Below are positions 11,373-23,660 of a DNA stretch of 64,000 nucleotides, piece after piece (the stretch's first letter is position 1; every line of letters starts with the position of its first letter). The notes beneath the pieces were generated by a model. The model saw nothing but the letters and a program-made list of their open reading frames with translations. It made no database searches and was not told the DNA's origin. Origin of the DNA: Felis catus (lineage: Eukaryota). The translations under genes were made by a program, and so were the position numbers. The DNA is taken from NCBI RefSeq assembly GCF_018350175.1, contig NC_058368.1:95358001-95422000 (forward strand). The letters run 5' to 3'.

Positions 11373-12471
11373 TTGATATAGTTTTATTAACTGTAGCCAT
11401 CATGGGTGTACGTGAGATCTCTAGATGTATTCATTCTATGTAGCTGCAACTTTGTACCTTTTGACCAATATCTCCCCATTTCCTCCACCTCCCCAACTCC
11501 TGGTAACCAACATTCTACTCTGTGCTTCTATGTATGCAACAATTTTTTTTTTTCTTAAAGATTCCACCTGTAAGTGAGATCTTACAGTATTTCTCGTCCT
11601 CTGTCTGGCTTGCTTCATTAATGTCCTCCAGGTTCATCCATGTTATTGCAAATGGCAACATTTCTTTCTTGTGGCTGAGTAATATTCCATTGCATATGTG
11701 TACCACATTTTCTTTATCCACTCATTCATTGACAGACACGTAGTTTGTTTCCATATTTTGCTATTATGAATAATCCTGCAACAAACATGGGAAGGGAGGA
11801 AGCATTCCAAGATACTGATTTCATTTCTTCCTGATAAATGCCCTGAAGTGAGCTGGCTGGATCACAGGGCCAGTTCTATTTTTAGTCTTTTGAGGGATCC
11901 CCCTTACTGTTTTTCATGATGGCTAATGCACTTTACATTCCCATTAACAGTGTACAAGGGTTGCCTTTTCCTCCACGTCCTCACCAACGCTTGTTATCTT
12001 TTGTCTTTTTGTTATTGGCCTTTCTGACAGGTGTGAAGTGCTATCTCCTTGTCGTTTTGATTTGCATTTCTCCGATGACTAGTGGTATTGATCATCTTTT
12101 CATATATCTGTTGGCCACTTGTCTTTTTTCTTTTGAGAAATGTCTGTTCAGATCCTTTGTCCATTTTTTAATTGGGTAATTTGTTTTCCTGCCATTGATT
12201 TGAGTTCTTTATGCATTTTGGACATAAACCCCTTATCAGATGTATGGTTTGTACGTATTTTCTCCTGTTCCATATGTAGTCTCTTCACTCTGTTGGTTGT
12301 TTACTTTAATGTGCAGCTTTTTTGCTAGTTGAAAGCCCATTTGTCTGTTTTTGTTCTTTGTTACCTATGCTTTTGTGCTCATGTCCAAAAAATGATTGCC
12401 CAGACCAACGTCAAGAAGTGTTTTCCCCTACGTTTTCTTCTAATGGTTTTATGAGTTCAGGTCTTACATTT

Positions 12472-12710
12472 TTACGTATTTACTTATTTATTTAAAAAGA
12501 TTTTTTAATGTTTATTTATTTTGAGAGACAGAGAGAGACAGAGCATGAGTAGGGGAGGGGCATAGAGAGAGGGAGACACAGAATCCAAAGCAGGTTCCAG
12601 GCTCTGAGCTGTCAGCACAGAGCCCAACTCGGGGCTCCAACTCATGAACAGGGAGATCATGACCTGAGCCAAAGTTGGACGCTTAACCAACTAAGCCACC
12701 CAGGCGCCCC
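12472..12710 (-). mobile_element. CAN-SINE in L1
   Basis: Flanked by cagg(t/c)cttaca(t/c)tt repeats. Confidence 0.93.
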
Positions 12711-12723
12711 AGGCCTTACACTT

Positions 12724-12938
12724 AAAAAAAAAAAAAAGTTTATTTATTTAATTTTGAGAGAGAGAGAGGAGAGAACGAGTGGGGGAGGGGCAGAGAGAGA
12801 GGGAGACAGAATCACAAGCAGGCCCCACGCTGTCGTGCAGAGCCCAATGCGGGGCTCAAACCCATGAACCATGAGATCATAACCTGAGCAGAAACCAAGA
12901 GCCAGACACTCAACCAACTGAGCCACCCAGGCACCTCT
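12724..12938 (-). mobile_element. CAN-SINE in L1
   Basis: Flanked by caggccttaca(c/t)tt repeats. Confidence 0.93.
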
Positions 12939-13700
12939 CAGGCCTTACATTTAAGTCTTTAATCCTTTGAGTGGATTTTTGTATATGGAGTGAGATAAAT
13001 GTTCAATTTCCTTCTTTGTGTGTGGAAAACAATTTTCCCAACACTATTTATTGAAGAGCCTGTCCTTTCCCTATTGCGTGTTTCTTGGCAACTTTGGTAA
13101 AGAGCAATTGACCAGAAATGTGTGGATTTATTGGGTTCTTTATTCTGCTCTATTGCTTTATATATATCTGTATTTTATGCCAATTTCATGCAGTTTTAAG
13201 TACTATAGGTTTGCAGTAGATTTTGAAGGCAGGTAGCATGATGCCTCCAACTTTGTCTTTTTTGCTCAAGATTGCTTTGGCTATTTGCAGTCTTTCATGG
13301 TTCCATATAAAGTTCAGGACTTTTTTTTCTATTTCTGTGAAAAATGCATTGGAATCTTAATAGGGATTGTATTGAGTCTATAGATTGTTTTGGGTAGTAT
13401 GGATATTTTAACGATATTATTTCTTCTAATCCATTAATATGGGTTATCTTCAGTTTTTATGTGTCTTCTTCAGTTTCTTTCATCAGTTTCTTTCTTTCAT
13501 GACCTGAGTTTTCTAGTTTTTGGTGTACAGATTTTTCAACCTCCTGGGTTAAATTTAATTCCTAAGCACTTGTTGTTTTTGGATGCTACAGTTTTGTAAA
13601 TGGAATTGTTCTCTTAATTTCTTTTTTGTATAGTTTGTTGCCAGTGTATAGAAATGCACCGATTTTTGCATGTTGATCTTGTATCCTGCAAATTACTGAA

Positions 13701-13925
13701 TTTTTTTTCATGTTTATTTATTTTGGAGAGAGAGAGACAGAGACAGAGACAGAGACAGACTGTGAGCAAGGGAGGGACAGAGAGAGGGAGACGCAGAATC
13801 CAAAGCAGGCTCCAGTCTCTGAGCTGTCAGCACAGAGCCCGACGCAGGGCTCGAACTCACAAGCCATGAAATCATGACCTGAGCCAAAGTCGGACATGTA
13901 ACGGACTGAGCCAGTCAGGTGTGCC
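13701..13925 (-). mobile_element. CAN-SINE in L1
   Basis: Full body with (GACAGA)n. Confidence 0.92.
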
Positions 13926-14169
13926 AATCAACTTTAGTGAGTTTGTTCACTATTTCTAATACTTTTTTGGTGGAATCTTTATGCTTTCCTGTTTATATAA
14001 GATCATATAGTTGCAGACAAAGTTTTACTGCTTCCTTTCCAGTTGGGATGTCTTTTTATTTCTTTTTATTGCCTAATTGCTTTGGCTAGGACTTCCAGTA
14101 CTCTGTTGAATAGATGTAGTCAGAGTGGGCATCCTTATCTTCCTCCTGATTTCAGCGGAAAGACTTCCT

Positions 14170-14610
14170 GATATGTTGCATTTCCATTTTCATTTGTCTC
14201 AAGATACTTTTTGATCCCCCTTTTGATTACGTCTTTGACCTACTGGTAGTTTAGGAGTGTTTTTTTTTAATTTTTACACATTTGTGGATTTCATTGTTTT
14301 CCCCCTGTTATTGATTTCTACTTCACACCATTGTAGTGCGGAAAGGTACTTGATATGATTTCAGTTTTCTTAAATTTGATAAGGTTTGTTTTGTGGCTTA
14401 ACCTATGATCCATCCTGGGGAATATTCCATGTGTACTTGAAAAGGATGGGTATTCTGTTGCAGTTGCATGGAATGTTCTATATATGTCTGTTGGGCCCAT
14501 TTGCTCTGTAGTGCTGTTCAAGTCTACTGTTTCCTTACTGATTTTGTGTCTGGATGGTCTATCCAGTGTTGGAAGTGGGTTGCTGAAGTCTTCTTCTATT
14601 ATTGTATTCC
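14170..14610 (-). mobile_element. L1 ORF2 endonuclease-domain fragment (decayed)
   Basis: ORF 14318-14521 TDIYRTFH...SSTHGIFPRMDHRLSHKTNLIKFKKTEIISS resembles L1 EN DIYRTFHP...SRIDH. Confidence 0.88.
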
Positions 14611-14659
14611 TCCCTTATTTTCTGTTAAGAATGGCTCTGTATCTTTAGATACTCTGACG

Positions 14660-15170
14660 CATTATTCTTTCAATGAAATATATATTAAGGTTCTACCATG
14701 TGTCTGATAATACTTTAGGTTCTTGGGATGCATTGAAGAACAAAGCATAAAAGCACAGATCCACTCTCAAGTAGAGTTTATGTTCTGGTGGGAAAGTGGG
14801 CTTGGCAGGGAATTGGAGAAAGAGACGATAAGCCCCAGACAAAATTAGCAAGTACGTTATGTAGCGTATTAAAATGAAGTGAGGGGCGGCCATGCCGATA
14901 TCAGGGGGACGAGCTTTCCAGACAGAGGTAGCGGCATCCTAGCTTGAGGCATGCTTGGTGTGTTTGCGAAATAGCACGCAGGCTTGTGTGGTGGAGTGAG
15001 TATGTGAAGGAGAGTAGGGGACGAGGAAGAGATAGAAGGTGTACAGAGAAGGTGTACAAATCAGGTATGGCTCACAGGCCATCGTAAACCTCCCACTTCT
15101 ACTCTGAGTGAGAAGGGAACCATTAGCTCATTTCAAGTTGAAAAGGACGTGATCAGATTTACATGTCCCC
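14660..15170 (-). mobile_element. L2 3' fragment
   Basis: Degenerate L2 antisense (ctaccatgtgtc...taggttcttgggat...gaacaa; tactctgagtgagaagggaacc). Confidence 0.65.
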
Positions 15171-15502
15171 AGCCATGTTGAATCTACCGATGAGCATATC
15201 GAAGGCTTTCTTCATTCTTGTTACAGCATTTTTGATCTCTAGCCTTTCCTTTTGATTCTTTCTTGATGTTTCCATCTCTGTGCTTCCATTATTCATTTCA
15301 TCTTGTATGGTGTCCATTTTTTTTTTTTTTTCTGATTAGGGCCCTTGGCATATTAATCATGGTTATTTAAAATTCCTAATCTGATCATTCCAGTACTTCG
15401 GTCATATCTGAGTCTGGTTCTAATGCTTGCTCTGACTCCTTAGTCTGTGTTTTGTTTGTTTGTTTTGTTTTGCCTTGCCTTTTAGCATATTTTGTGATTT
15501 TT

Positions 15503-15712
15503 AAAATTTTTTTAATGTTTTGTTTATTTTTGAGAGCGAGAGACAGTGTGAGTGGGGGAGGGGCAGAGAGAGAGGGAGACGCAGAATTCGAAGCAGGCTC
15601 CAGGCTCTGAGCTGTCAGCACAGAGCCTGATACGGGGCTCGAACCCATGAACCATGACATCATGACCTGAGCCAAAGTCTGATGCTTAACCAACGAGCCA
15701 CCCAGGCGCCCC
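15503..15712 (-). mobile_element. CAN-SINE
   Basis: TSD tattttg(t/c)gattttt. Confidence 0.94.
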
Positions 15713-15731
15713 AACTATTTTGCGATTTTTT

Positions 15732-15952
15732 TAAAAAAAAGTTTATTTATTTATTTATTTTGAGAGAGTGAGAGAAAGAAGGGGAGGGGGCAGAGAGAGA
15801 GGGAGAGAGAGAGAGAGAGAGAGAGAATCCCAAGCAGGCTGTGCACTGTCCGTGCAGAGCCTGATGTGGGGCTCGACCCCAAGAACTGTGAGATCATGAC
15901 CTGAGCTGCAACCAAGAGTAGGATGTTTAACCTGACTGAGCCACCCAGGTGC
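15732..15952 (-). mobile_element. CAN-SINE
   Basis: Full body. Confidence 0.92.
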
Positions 15953-16313
15953 AACCTGTAATTTTTTGGAGAGCTAGATGTGATCTGGCTAGGAGTTAGG
16001 CTGTATTTATTGTTCACTGTGAGGATGGTGTCACAGGTTACAATTTCCCCCAGTGTGGTTGGTTTTGTCTTCTTCGCCTTGGGGTAACCTAGAGATACCT
16101 TGCATCCAGCCTGTGTCTTGATGTTCTTTTAGCTGTGATCCTGTGTTATGATAAAGAAGGCCTGTTGATGGGGTAGAAAGATGTGGAACGGAAGAAAGCA
16201 GTCCCAGGAGTCTCAGGCTGAGAATCCCTGAACTGGGTACTTCCCTTCTCCCTGGTCAGTTAAGTTGTGGTAGAACTTTCCTTTGAGGGAAGGCCTTATT
16301 AAGAAGGGTGAAG

Positions 16314-16492
16314 TCTGGATGGCTCACTTGGTTAGGCATCCAACTCTTGGTTTCTGCTCGGGTCAGGGCCTCACTGTTTCTGAGATTGAACCCTGCTTTG
16401 AGCTCTGCTTGGGATTCTCCCTGTCTGTCTGCCCCTCCCCTGCTCTCTCTCTCTCTCTCTCAAAATAAATATATAAACATTAAAAAAAAAAA
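16314..16492 (+). mobile_element. CAN-SINE
   Basis: TSD-like aagaagggtgaag/aaggaaggtgaag. Confidence 0.88.
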
Positions 16493-16784
16493 GGAAGGTG
16501 AAGAAAGAAGTAAAGAGTTGAAAAGAAATTGCCCACTTTGGTCTCACTGAAAGACAACATTTTTTTCAAGTTGATCGAGCCAAACCCGGAGAGGTTTCAT
16601 GGCCGTTTTCTCTTTCTCCCACATTTCTCATCCACTCTGCCAGGAAATGTAGACTCCTCCTTGAAATATTTCTAGAATTCAGCCATCTCTTACTAGCTGT
16701 GCCTCTCTCACCACAGAACATGTCTCCAACCCCACTTACCCACATTATTGCCATGACTGAGGGGTCTCCCCTTTTCTCCCTTCT

Positions 16785-17003
16785 ATTTTTATTTTATTTT
16801 TAATGTTTTAATTTATTTTTGAGAGAGAAAAATGGAGCACAAGCGGGGAAGGGGCAGAGAGAGAGGGAGACACAGAATCTGAGGCAGGCTTCAGGCTCTG
16901 AGCCGTCAGCGCAGAGCCCTGTGTGGGGCTTGAACTCATGAACCGCGAGATCATGACCTGAGCCGAAGTCGGATGCTTAACCGACTGAGCCACCCAGGTG
17001 CCC
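16785..17003 (-). mobile_element. CAN-SINE
   Basis: Full body. Confidence 0.93.
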
Positions 17004-17342
17004 GTCTTGCTTCTAAATAGAATTCTTAGACTCCAAGCCCTCCCATCTCATAAAAGCCCAGAAGGTACTGTGAACTATGGCCCTGTCCTGTCTTCCTCAG
17101 TTCTCTCCTTTCCTTTTCCACCTCACTCTGTTGTTTCCAACCTGCCCCGAGGGCTTTCCCTCTGTGTCCTAAACTATGCCACATATGCCTCAACCTCAGA
17201 GCCTTGTTGCTTGCCAGCCCATCTTCCTGGAATGTTTTTCATCTGTAAATATTCAGGGCCAATTTTCTCACTTGCTTCTCTGCTCAAATATGGCCTTGCT
17301 GACGAGGACTTCCTTGACCACTCTTTTAAAAATCAATCTCTC

Positions 17343-17578
17343 GGGGCGCCTGGGTGGCGCAGTCGGTTAAGCGTCCGACTTCAGCCAGGTCACGATCTCG
17401 CGGTCTGTGAGTTCGAGCCCCGCGTCGGGCTCTGGGCTGATGGCTCGGAGCCTGGAGCCTGTTTCCGATTCTGTGTCTCCCTCTCTCTCTGCCCCTCCCC
17501 CGTTCATGCTCTGTCTCTCTCTGTCCCAAAAATAAATAAACGTTGAAAAAAAAATTAAAAAAAAAATTAAAAAAAAAT
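17343..17578 (+). mobile_element. Young SINEC_Fc
   Basis: Near-consensus, long A tail, perfect 15-bp TSD aaaaatcaatctctc. Confidence 0.97.
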
Positions 17579-17593
17579 AAAAATCAATCTCTC

Positions 17594-17790
17594 AGGGCGC
17601 CTGGGTGACTCAGTCAGTTAAGTGTCTGCCTTTTGATTTTGGCTTAGATTGTGGTGGCACGATTCATGAGATCAAGGCCCGAGTTGGGCTCCACTCTGTG
17701 AGTGGAGCCTGCTTGGGATTCACTCTCCCTCTCTCTCTGTTCCTCCCCTGCATGTGCTCTCTCTCTTAAAATAAATAAATAAACATTAAA
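17594..17790 (+). mobile_element. CAN-SINE
   Basis: agggcgcctgggtgactcag head, A tail. Confidence 0.92.
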
Positions 17791-17800
17791 AAATCAACCG

Positions 17801-18004
17801 TGCCTGGGTGGCTGAGTTGGTTGAGTGTCTGACTCTCGGTTTCAGCTTAAGTCACGATCTCACCGCTTGTGAGTTTGAGCTCCATGGCGGGCTCTGTGCT
17901 GACAGCTCAGAGCCTGAAGCCTGCTTCAAATTCTGTGTCTCCTCTCATGCTCATGCTCTGTCTCTCTTTCTTTCAAAAATAAAATAAACATAGAAACAAA
18001 TTTA
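17801..18004 (+). mobile_element. CAN-SINE
   Basis: tgcctgggtggctgag head, A tail. Confidence 0.92.
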
Positions 18005-18081
18005 AAAAATCAATCTCTCATCTCTCTTTTTTCCTTCTTACTGGGCTTTACTCTTAGCACTTAGTACTACTTGGCATAATG

Positions 18082-18112
18082 TGTGTGTGTGTATGTGTGT
18101 GTGTGTGTGTGT
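18082..18112. repeat. (TG)n microsatellite
   Basis: Interrupted GT run. Confidence 0.9.
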
Positions 18113-18302
18113 ATTATCAGACTTTTCTTACTAGAATGTCTATTTGACAAAAGAAGTCTGTTTACTACTGTATTAGTGACACAGTAGCCTGTTGATAAAT
18201 ATTTGTCCAGTGACTGCCTGACCAGCTGAAGAATTTACATACTTCTTCTCAGAGGCGTTGGTAGTTGGCCACTGGTACTCCATATTCTGAAACTGTGAAA
18301 CA

Positions 18303-18830
18303 GTCTTAGTCCGAGTTCCTTCCAACGCAGAATCTCAGACAAAGACCGTGTATAGGTAACCTACTTGGAATGAGATGTTGGGGGCAAGAGTGAGGGATGG
18401 GGGGGCTAAGTGGTGAAGGAGAGAAAGCCATTGTAAGGGTGATTTAACCACTGTTGCCAGCATCTCATGGTATGGTCCCACAGAACCTTCTGAGTAAGGT
18501 CCCTCTCCAACTGGTTCCGGGCGGTCTCCTGGGGTGTTAACTCTCCTGGACTTCTAGGTTGTTTACGTTCGAGTGCCAAGTGAGTGCCAAGCGGGAAACT
18601 AAGAGTTCTGCACGATGGCATCAGACACGGTCTGAGGTGGAAAGCCAGAAGCGCACGGCACGGGCCAAAGTGGGGTGCTGTCACGTTACGCACGCACAGA
18701 CTTGGTTGAAGCCCGGAACTCATTGCTGCAGCGGTGGATGGAATAAGAGGTAAGGCCAGGAGGGTTTGAAGTGACCCCCAAGAAGCCTTCAATACCGGCC
18801 ACTCTCTCGAATCCACCATGCTCCACAACA
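18303..18830. mobile_element. MLT1-type MaLR LTR
   Basis: gtcttagtccgagttcc...cagaatctcagacaaag opening typical of MLT1I/J. Confidence 0.5.
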
Positions 18831-19753
18831 CGTCCCTTAGATGTGGTGACCGGGCACAACGTTGACAGAGCCTTAAAACAGGGGAAATGACTATAGTCTC
18901 TGCTTCTTTGCTCTCATTCTACTCTTCACCAGCATTTTGCTGGGCTAAGTTGCTCATCTGCGGGATGGACCCAGAACTTCCTCCCTGTGGGTGTGAGGCC
19001 TTAGCGGCCTTGGCCTTGTCAGGCTTGGCCGGCTGTGATCACTCACATGCCCACGCACTGTGATTGCCAGATAAGGCTTCTAGAACACTACCTTTGTTGC
19101 CTTCCCTATCCCAGCTTAAAACCAGTTCCCCATATTTTAGGCTTTATTTCAGGAAATAAAGAAGGTGAAGGGGCAGCAGGTAAGTGGGTATGTTTTCCTC
19201 TTGTGAGGATGGGTAAAGCATGACAGGGACGATCTCGAGCTTCTGATTGTGTCGGGTCTAAGAACATCCCACGGGCCGAACCCGGTCACATGGCCAGGTT
19301 GCAAATCTGAGTCTGGGAAAGTAGAGTCTGCCCGCCACGAGGACCAGCGTGGATGTGATGTACAATACAACTTAAGAGGAGTGACGACTTGTGACCAACA
19401 GTTCGATCTCCCACAGGGAGCAAAACAGTAAAGGAGAGAAATTCACTGTGACAATCTGTTCCTCAGTTGGCCACTGCTGCGAGCGGTTGGTGTGAAATTC
19501 TACAGGGCCTCCTGAGAGCTGGACGGAAGGTGCCTGGGAACCATCTGTGGAGGGGTAAAAAAGGGAAAGGGTCTTTCTGAAGGTAGTTCTGGGTTGCACA
19601 TGTGTGAGGGCTGGCCGAGCTCCTGGGGCTGCTTCATGCCATGGTGTCACAGGAAGCAGGAGGACGGCGGGACGGCCGTGTAAAAATATGCTGCCAGTTT
19701 CCGATTGCAAAGAAGAGTGCAAGACTGTGTGCAACTTGGCAAAGAAAGAAGAT

Positions 19754-20012
19754 TTTATTTTATTTTATTTTATTTTATTTTATTTTATTTTATTTTATTT
19801 TATTTTTTTAACGTTTATTTATTTTTGAGACAGAGAGAGACAGAGCATGAACAGGGGAGGGGCAGAGAGAGAGGGAGACACAGAATCCGAAACAGGCTCC
19901 AGGCTCTGAGCTGTCAGCACAGAGCCCGACGTGGGGCTCGAACTCACGGACCATGAGATCATGACCTGAGCCGAAGTCGGACGCTTAACTGACCAAGCCA
20001 CCCAGGCGCCCC
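19754..20012 (-). mobile_element. SINEC_Fc with (TTTTA)n tail
   Basis: 16-bp TSD aagaaagaagatttta (19742-19757 and 20013-20028). Confidence 0.96.
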
Positions 20013-20249
20013 AAGAAAGAAGATTTTAAACGCACAGCGGGTTCGGGTACAACCTCTGTCTTACCTCCCACGCCACTGTCTCTTTTCTTGCTGGAACTCA
20101 TCTTGCCTGACCCCCAACACCACATACCAGTGAGTGCTTAATTCTGGGTCTCATTGCAGTAGAGTCTTGATCTTAATGATGCTTTTCTCGACTATATTAA
20201 ACGTTGGTTGCTGGAGGCTTTGGGTGTTACCACATAGATACTCACATTG

Positions 20250-21300
20250 TAAGAAGGGACACGTTGCTATGTGTGTTTCTGATCCAGATGGAAGAGCGGG
20301 GATTCAATTTACAGTCCTGCCCAGAACAACTAAAAATACACGTGCAATCTATCAGACAACAGGGTAGCAAGCAATGAAAGACAGATGAAAGAAACCTTAT
20401 AATGGCCCCAGCTCAGTGCCTGTATTGTTGACTGGACATAGTAGAGACCAGGGGAATAGAGGTAGAGCCTGGTAGTTTCCTTGATTTGAGGAGACCCAGC
20501 TGGAAGTCCAGGGAGGCCAAAGCAGGTAGAGTTTGCAAGGCAGAGTACCTCGGAGGGGAGCACTACACAGAAAGAGATCTTTTGGGGAACAGTGGAAAAT
20601 CCAACTTGAGCCTTCAGTTGACTCTCAGTCAGTGCCTGCCTGGGAAAGAGACGTAGGAAAGGCGGAGGGGGGAAAATCTCTGGTGCTCACATGGGGCAGG
20701 GCTTCTAACTCCCGTTGCCGCTAGATGGAGCCGAAAATCTCATCATGCACGGGGCTTCAAGAGTGAGTACTTAGAAGGGTTTTGTCTCAGTAGGGGAACA
20801 AAAATGGTTTTTGACTAAACACGCATCTATCTGGTCCTGTCCAGCAAAGCTCAAAAAGCAAGACCTGAAAGGGTCAAACTGTTACCAAGTAGCTTAACTT
20901 GATCCCAGAACAAAGTTCAAGAATATTTATGGGAAAACAGCTGTTTTCCAATGCCTAAAACCATGAAATTCACAAGTCATAGCAGCCAATCAAAAGTCAC
21001 CAGGTAAGCAAAGAGGCAAGAACATGCAACCCATCATAAGAAGAAAAGTCCGTCCAAACGGACTCAGACACGGAACAGATGATGGACACACTAGATTGAC
21101 GTTCCCGTCCTATAGTCCCTGTGTTCAGAAGCTAAGTTCAGGCATAGAAGATACTTCACAAGACCAAAGTTGAATTTCCCAGTGAAAACTAGAAGGTGCA
21201 TGATGAAAAATAGACCAGATCAAGATCAATGGAAGATAAATACCATGGAAGAGAAGATGAGTCCACTTGAACAGTCAGAGTGAGACGTGTCCCCATGAAC
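20250..21300 (+). mobile_element. Old L1M 5' region fragment
   Basis: ataatggccccagctcagtgcctg, cccagaacaaagttcaagaatatttat, agccaatcaaaagtcaccagg. Confidence 0.55.
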
Positions 21301-21509
21301 AGTTTTCCCTGGAAGGTAGATTTCCATGAACTCCTTCTAGTGCATACATTGGTGACTAGTCCATCGTGGAGAAGCCACAACCATGCTGTCTCCGCCAAGG
21401 TCTGGATTTCAGCCCTAGGAGTTGTGGTTGCTATTCGTGTTTTATTTACACTTCTCCGTACTTATTAGCCAGGACCTCATTGCTTCCATCCTCTGTTTTA
21501 AGCGTTCAT

Positions 21510-21724
21510 TTTTTACAAAAGTGTTTATCTTATTTATTTTGAAAGAGAGAGTGAGTATAAGTGGGGGAGGGGCAGAGAGAGAGAGGGAGAGAGAGAGAAT
21601 CCCAAGCAGGCTCCGTGCTCAGCGTGGAGCCCCATGAGGGCCTCAATCTCATGACCATGAGATCATGACCTGAGCCAATATCAAGAGCCAGATGCTTAAC
21701 TGACTGAGCCACCCAGACACCCCT
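21510..21724 (-). mobile_element. CAN-SINE
   Basis: Full body. Confidence 0.92.
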
Positions 21725-21799
21725 AGTTAATCATTCTTAATATTAAACTTCCCTGTTCAATTACTAATGACTTCTCATTATACCTTGACTAATACACTT

Positions 21800-22380
21800 T
21801 CCAGTCGTTCGGCGAGATGAGCATTACCAAATAAAGGTGTCATAAGAAAATAAAACTACAAAACAATATCCCTCATGAGCACAGATGCAAAAATTCTAAA
21901 TAAAATTTTAAGAAATTGAATTCAGTATGTAAAAAGAGGTACATTATGAGTAGTAGGAATGTAACATTTTGGTTCACCACTCAAAAATCAGTGAATGTAG
22001 GGGTGCCTGGGTGGCTCAGTCAGTTAAGTGTCCGACTTCAGCTTGGGTCATGATCTCGTGGTCCGTGAGTTTGAGACCCGCGTCGGGCTCTGTGCTGACA
22101 GCTCAGAGCCTGGAGCCTGCTTCGGATTCTGTGTCTCCCTCTCTCTCTGCCCCTCCCCTGCTCATGCTCTGTCTCTCTCTGTCTCTCAAAAATAAATAAA
22201 CGTTAAAAAAAAACAACAAAAGAGCACAAGAAAACTCTTTAGAGTGTTGGATGTTCATTATCTTAATTGTAGCCAAGGTTTCACAGATGTACCCATATAT
22301 TAAATCTTATCAACTTATACACTTACATATGTATAGGGTTTTTGTTTTTTGGTTTTGTAGTTCAATTATATCTTAAACCT
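21800..22380 (+). mobile_element. Old L1 ORF2/3' fragments around a SINE
   Basis: aaaactacaaaacaatatccctcatgagcacagatgcaaaaattctaaataaaat (NYRPISL-region-like). Confidence 0.65.
22000..22215 (+). mobile_element. SINEC_Fc
   Basis: Near-consensus body. Confidence 0.95.
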
Positions 22381-22383
22381 ACT

Positions 22384-22605
22384 TAAAAAATTTTTTTTTA
22401 CATTTATTTATTTTTGAGAAACAGAGTGAGACAAAGCATGAGTGGGGGAGGGGCAGAGAGAGAAGGAGACAGAATCTGAAGCAGGCTCCAGGCTCTGAGC
22501 AAGATGTCAGCACAGAGTCTGATGCGGGGCTCGAACCCACAAACTGTGAGATCATGACCTGAGCCGAACTCGGACGCTGAACCGACTGAGCCACCCCGGT
22601 GCCCC
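22384..22605 (-). mobile_element. CAN-SINE
   Basis: TSD taaacctactt. Confidence 0.94.
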
Positions 22606-22649
22606 ATTAATAAACCTACTTTTAAAAAGTGCGTAAAGAAGTCTTTACA

Positions 22650-22828
22650 GGGGCATCTTGCGTGACTCAGTCAGTTGAGCATCTGACTCTTGGTTTCAGA
22701 TCAGGTCATGATCTCATGCTTTGTGAGGTCGAGCCCAGTGTAGGGCTCTGCACTGACAGTGCAGAGCCTACTGAAGATTTTCTCTCTCTGCCCACCCCTC
22801 CCCCAAAGTAAATAAACATTAAAAAAAA
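22650..22828 (+). mobile_element. CAN-SINE
   Basis: TSD aagtctttaca. Confidence 0.92.
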
Positions 22829-23453
22829 GTCTTTACAAAGAAATGTCTAAGAGGCAGAGAAATTTCTGAAGATAGAAAGGAAATCTGGGCATAGGTGTGG
22901 AGATCTGTGGAGAACGGAGACAGAAGTTGCCCTGTCTTTGGGTTATCTCCTTTTATGTCTAACAGAAACGTGGCTAGTCCTTGCCTACTGTCATAGATCT
23001 CTTCTAGACTTCTCTTTTTATCTCCTCGCTTGTACTCATGAAAGAAAAAGTGTTTCTGGACAGACTTACGATTAGATGAAAGATATGGATAGGTGTCTTC
23101 CTGATGGAGACCGATGTATTACTTCTGTCCTTGTCCTTGAAAATCCACTGTGTACACGCTGCAGTCAATAGGAACACAAAATACTTTAGAGATTGACTCC
23201 AGGAGGAGAATGCATGAAATGGATCATAAATACAGGCCTCAGACTTATTTTCTTTTAATTCCTCCCTCCATCTTTCCATTCTTTGGTTCTTCTCTCCTCT
23301 TTCTTCATTTCTTCCATCTTGTTTCCTTTATTTCTTTTTTTCTTTTGGGTTGGCTTCATTAGTTTTTTCTACATGCACACTCAGAAATCATTGTCAGATT
23401 GAGGAATGAGGCAATGCAAAGTTGGATAGCTGGTTTTGTTGTTGTAGTTGTTG

Positions 23454-23493
23454 TTTATTTATCTATTTTGAGAGAGCCTGAGTGAGAGGGGGA

Positions 23494-23532
<39 letters not shown>

Positions 23533-23660
23533 ATCCCAAGCAGGCTCCACGCTGCAAAACATAGCAATGTGGGGCTCGATCCCACGAACCATGAGATGAA
23601 TCATGACTTGAGCTGAGATCAAGAGTTGGACGCTTAACCTACGGAGCCACCCAGGTGCCC
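23454..23660 (-). mobile_element. CAN-SINE
   Basis: Full body. Confidence 0.92.

Larger units (their letters stand above)
10960..14165 (-). mobile_element. L1 (L1MA/MB-like) 3'UTR through ORF2 RT region, interrupted by 4 SINEs
   Basis: Classic L1 antisense text (ccaggttcatccatgttattgcaaatgg, aaatgtctgttcagatcctttg, ctaggacttccagtactctgttgaatag). Confidence 0.92.
15175..16300 (-). mobile_element. Old L1M 5'/ORF1 fragment interrupted by 2 SINEs
   Basis: ttagggcccttggcatattaatcatggttatttaaaattcc, catatctgagtctggttctaatgcttgc. Confidence 0.6.
16590..18210 (+). mobile_element. L2 fragments interrupted by SINEs
   Basis: cctcaacctcagagcctt...cttcctggaatg; ends gataaatatttg like the L2 3' end. Confidence 0.55.

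Noticed and set aside
17343..17430. tRNA gene (A/B-box-like sequence)
   Set aside because: This is the tRNA-derived SINE head followed by SINE body and polyA, not a tRNA.
16998..17546. Longest ORF (182 aa)
   Set aside because: It runs through an L2 remnant into a SINE, starts at a non-ATG codon and shows no protein homology.
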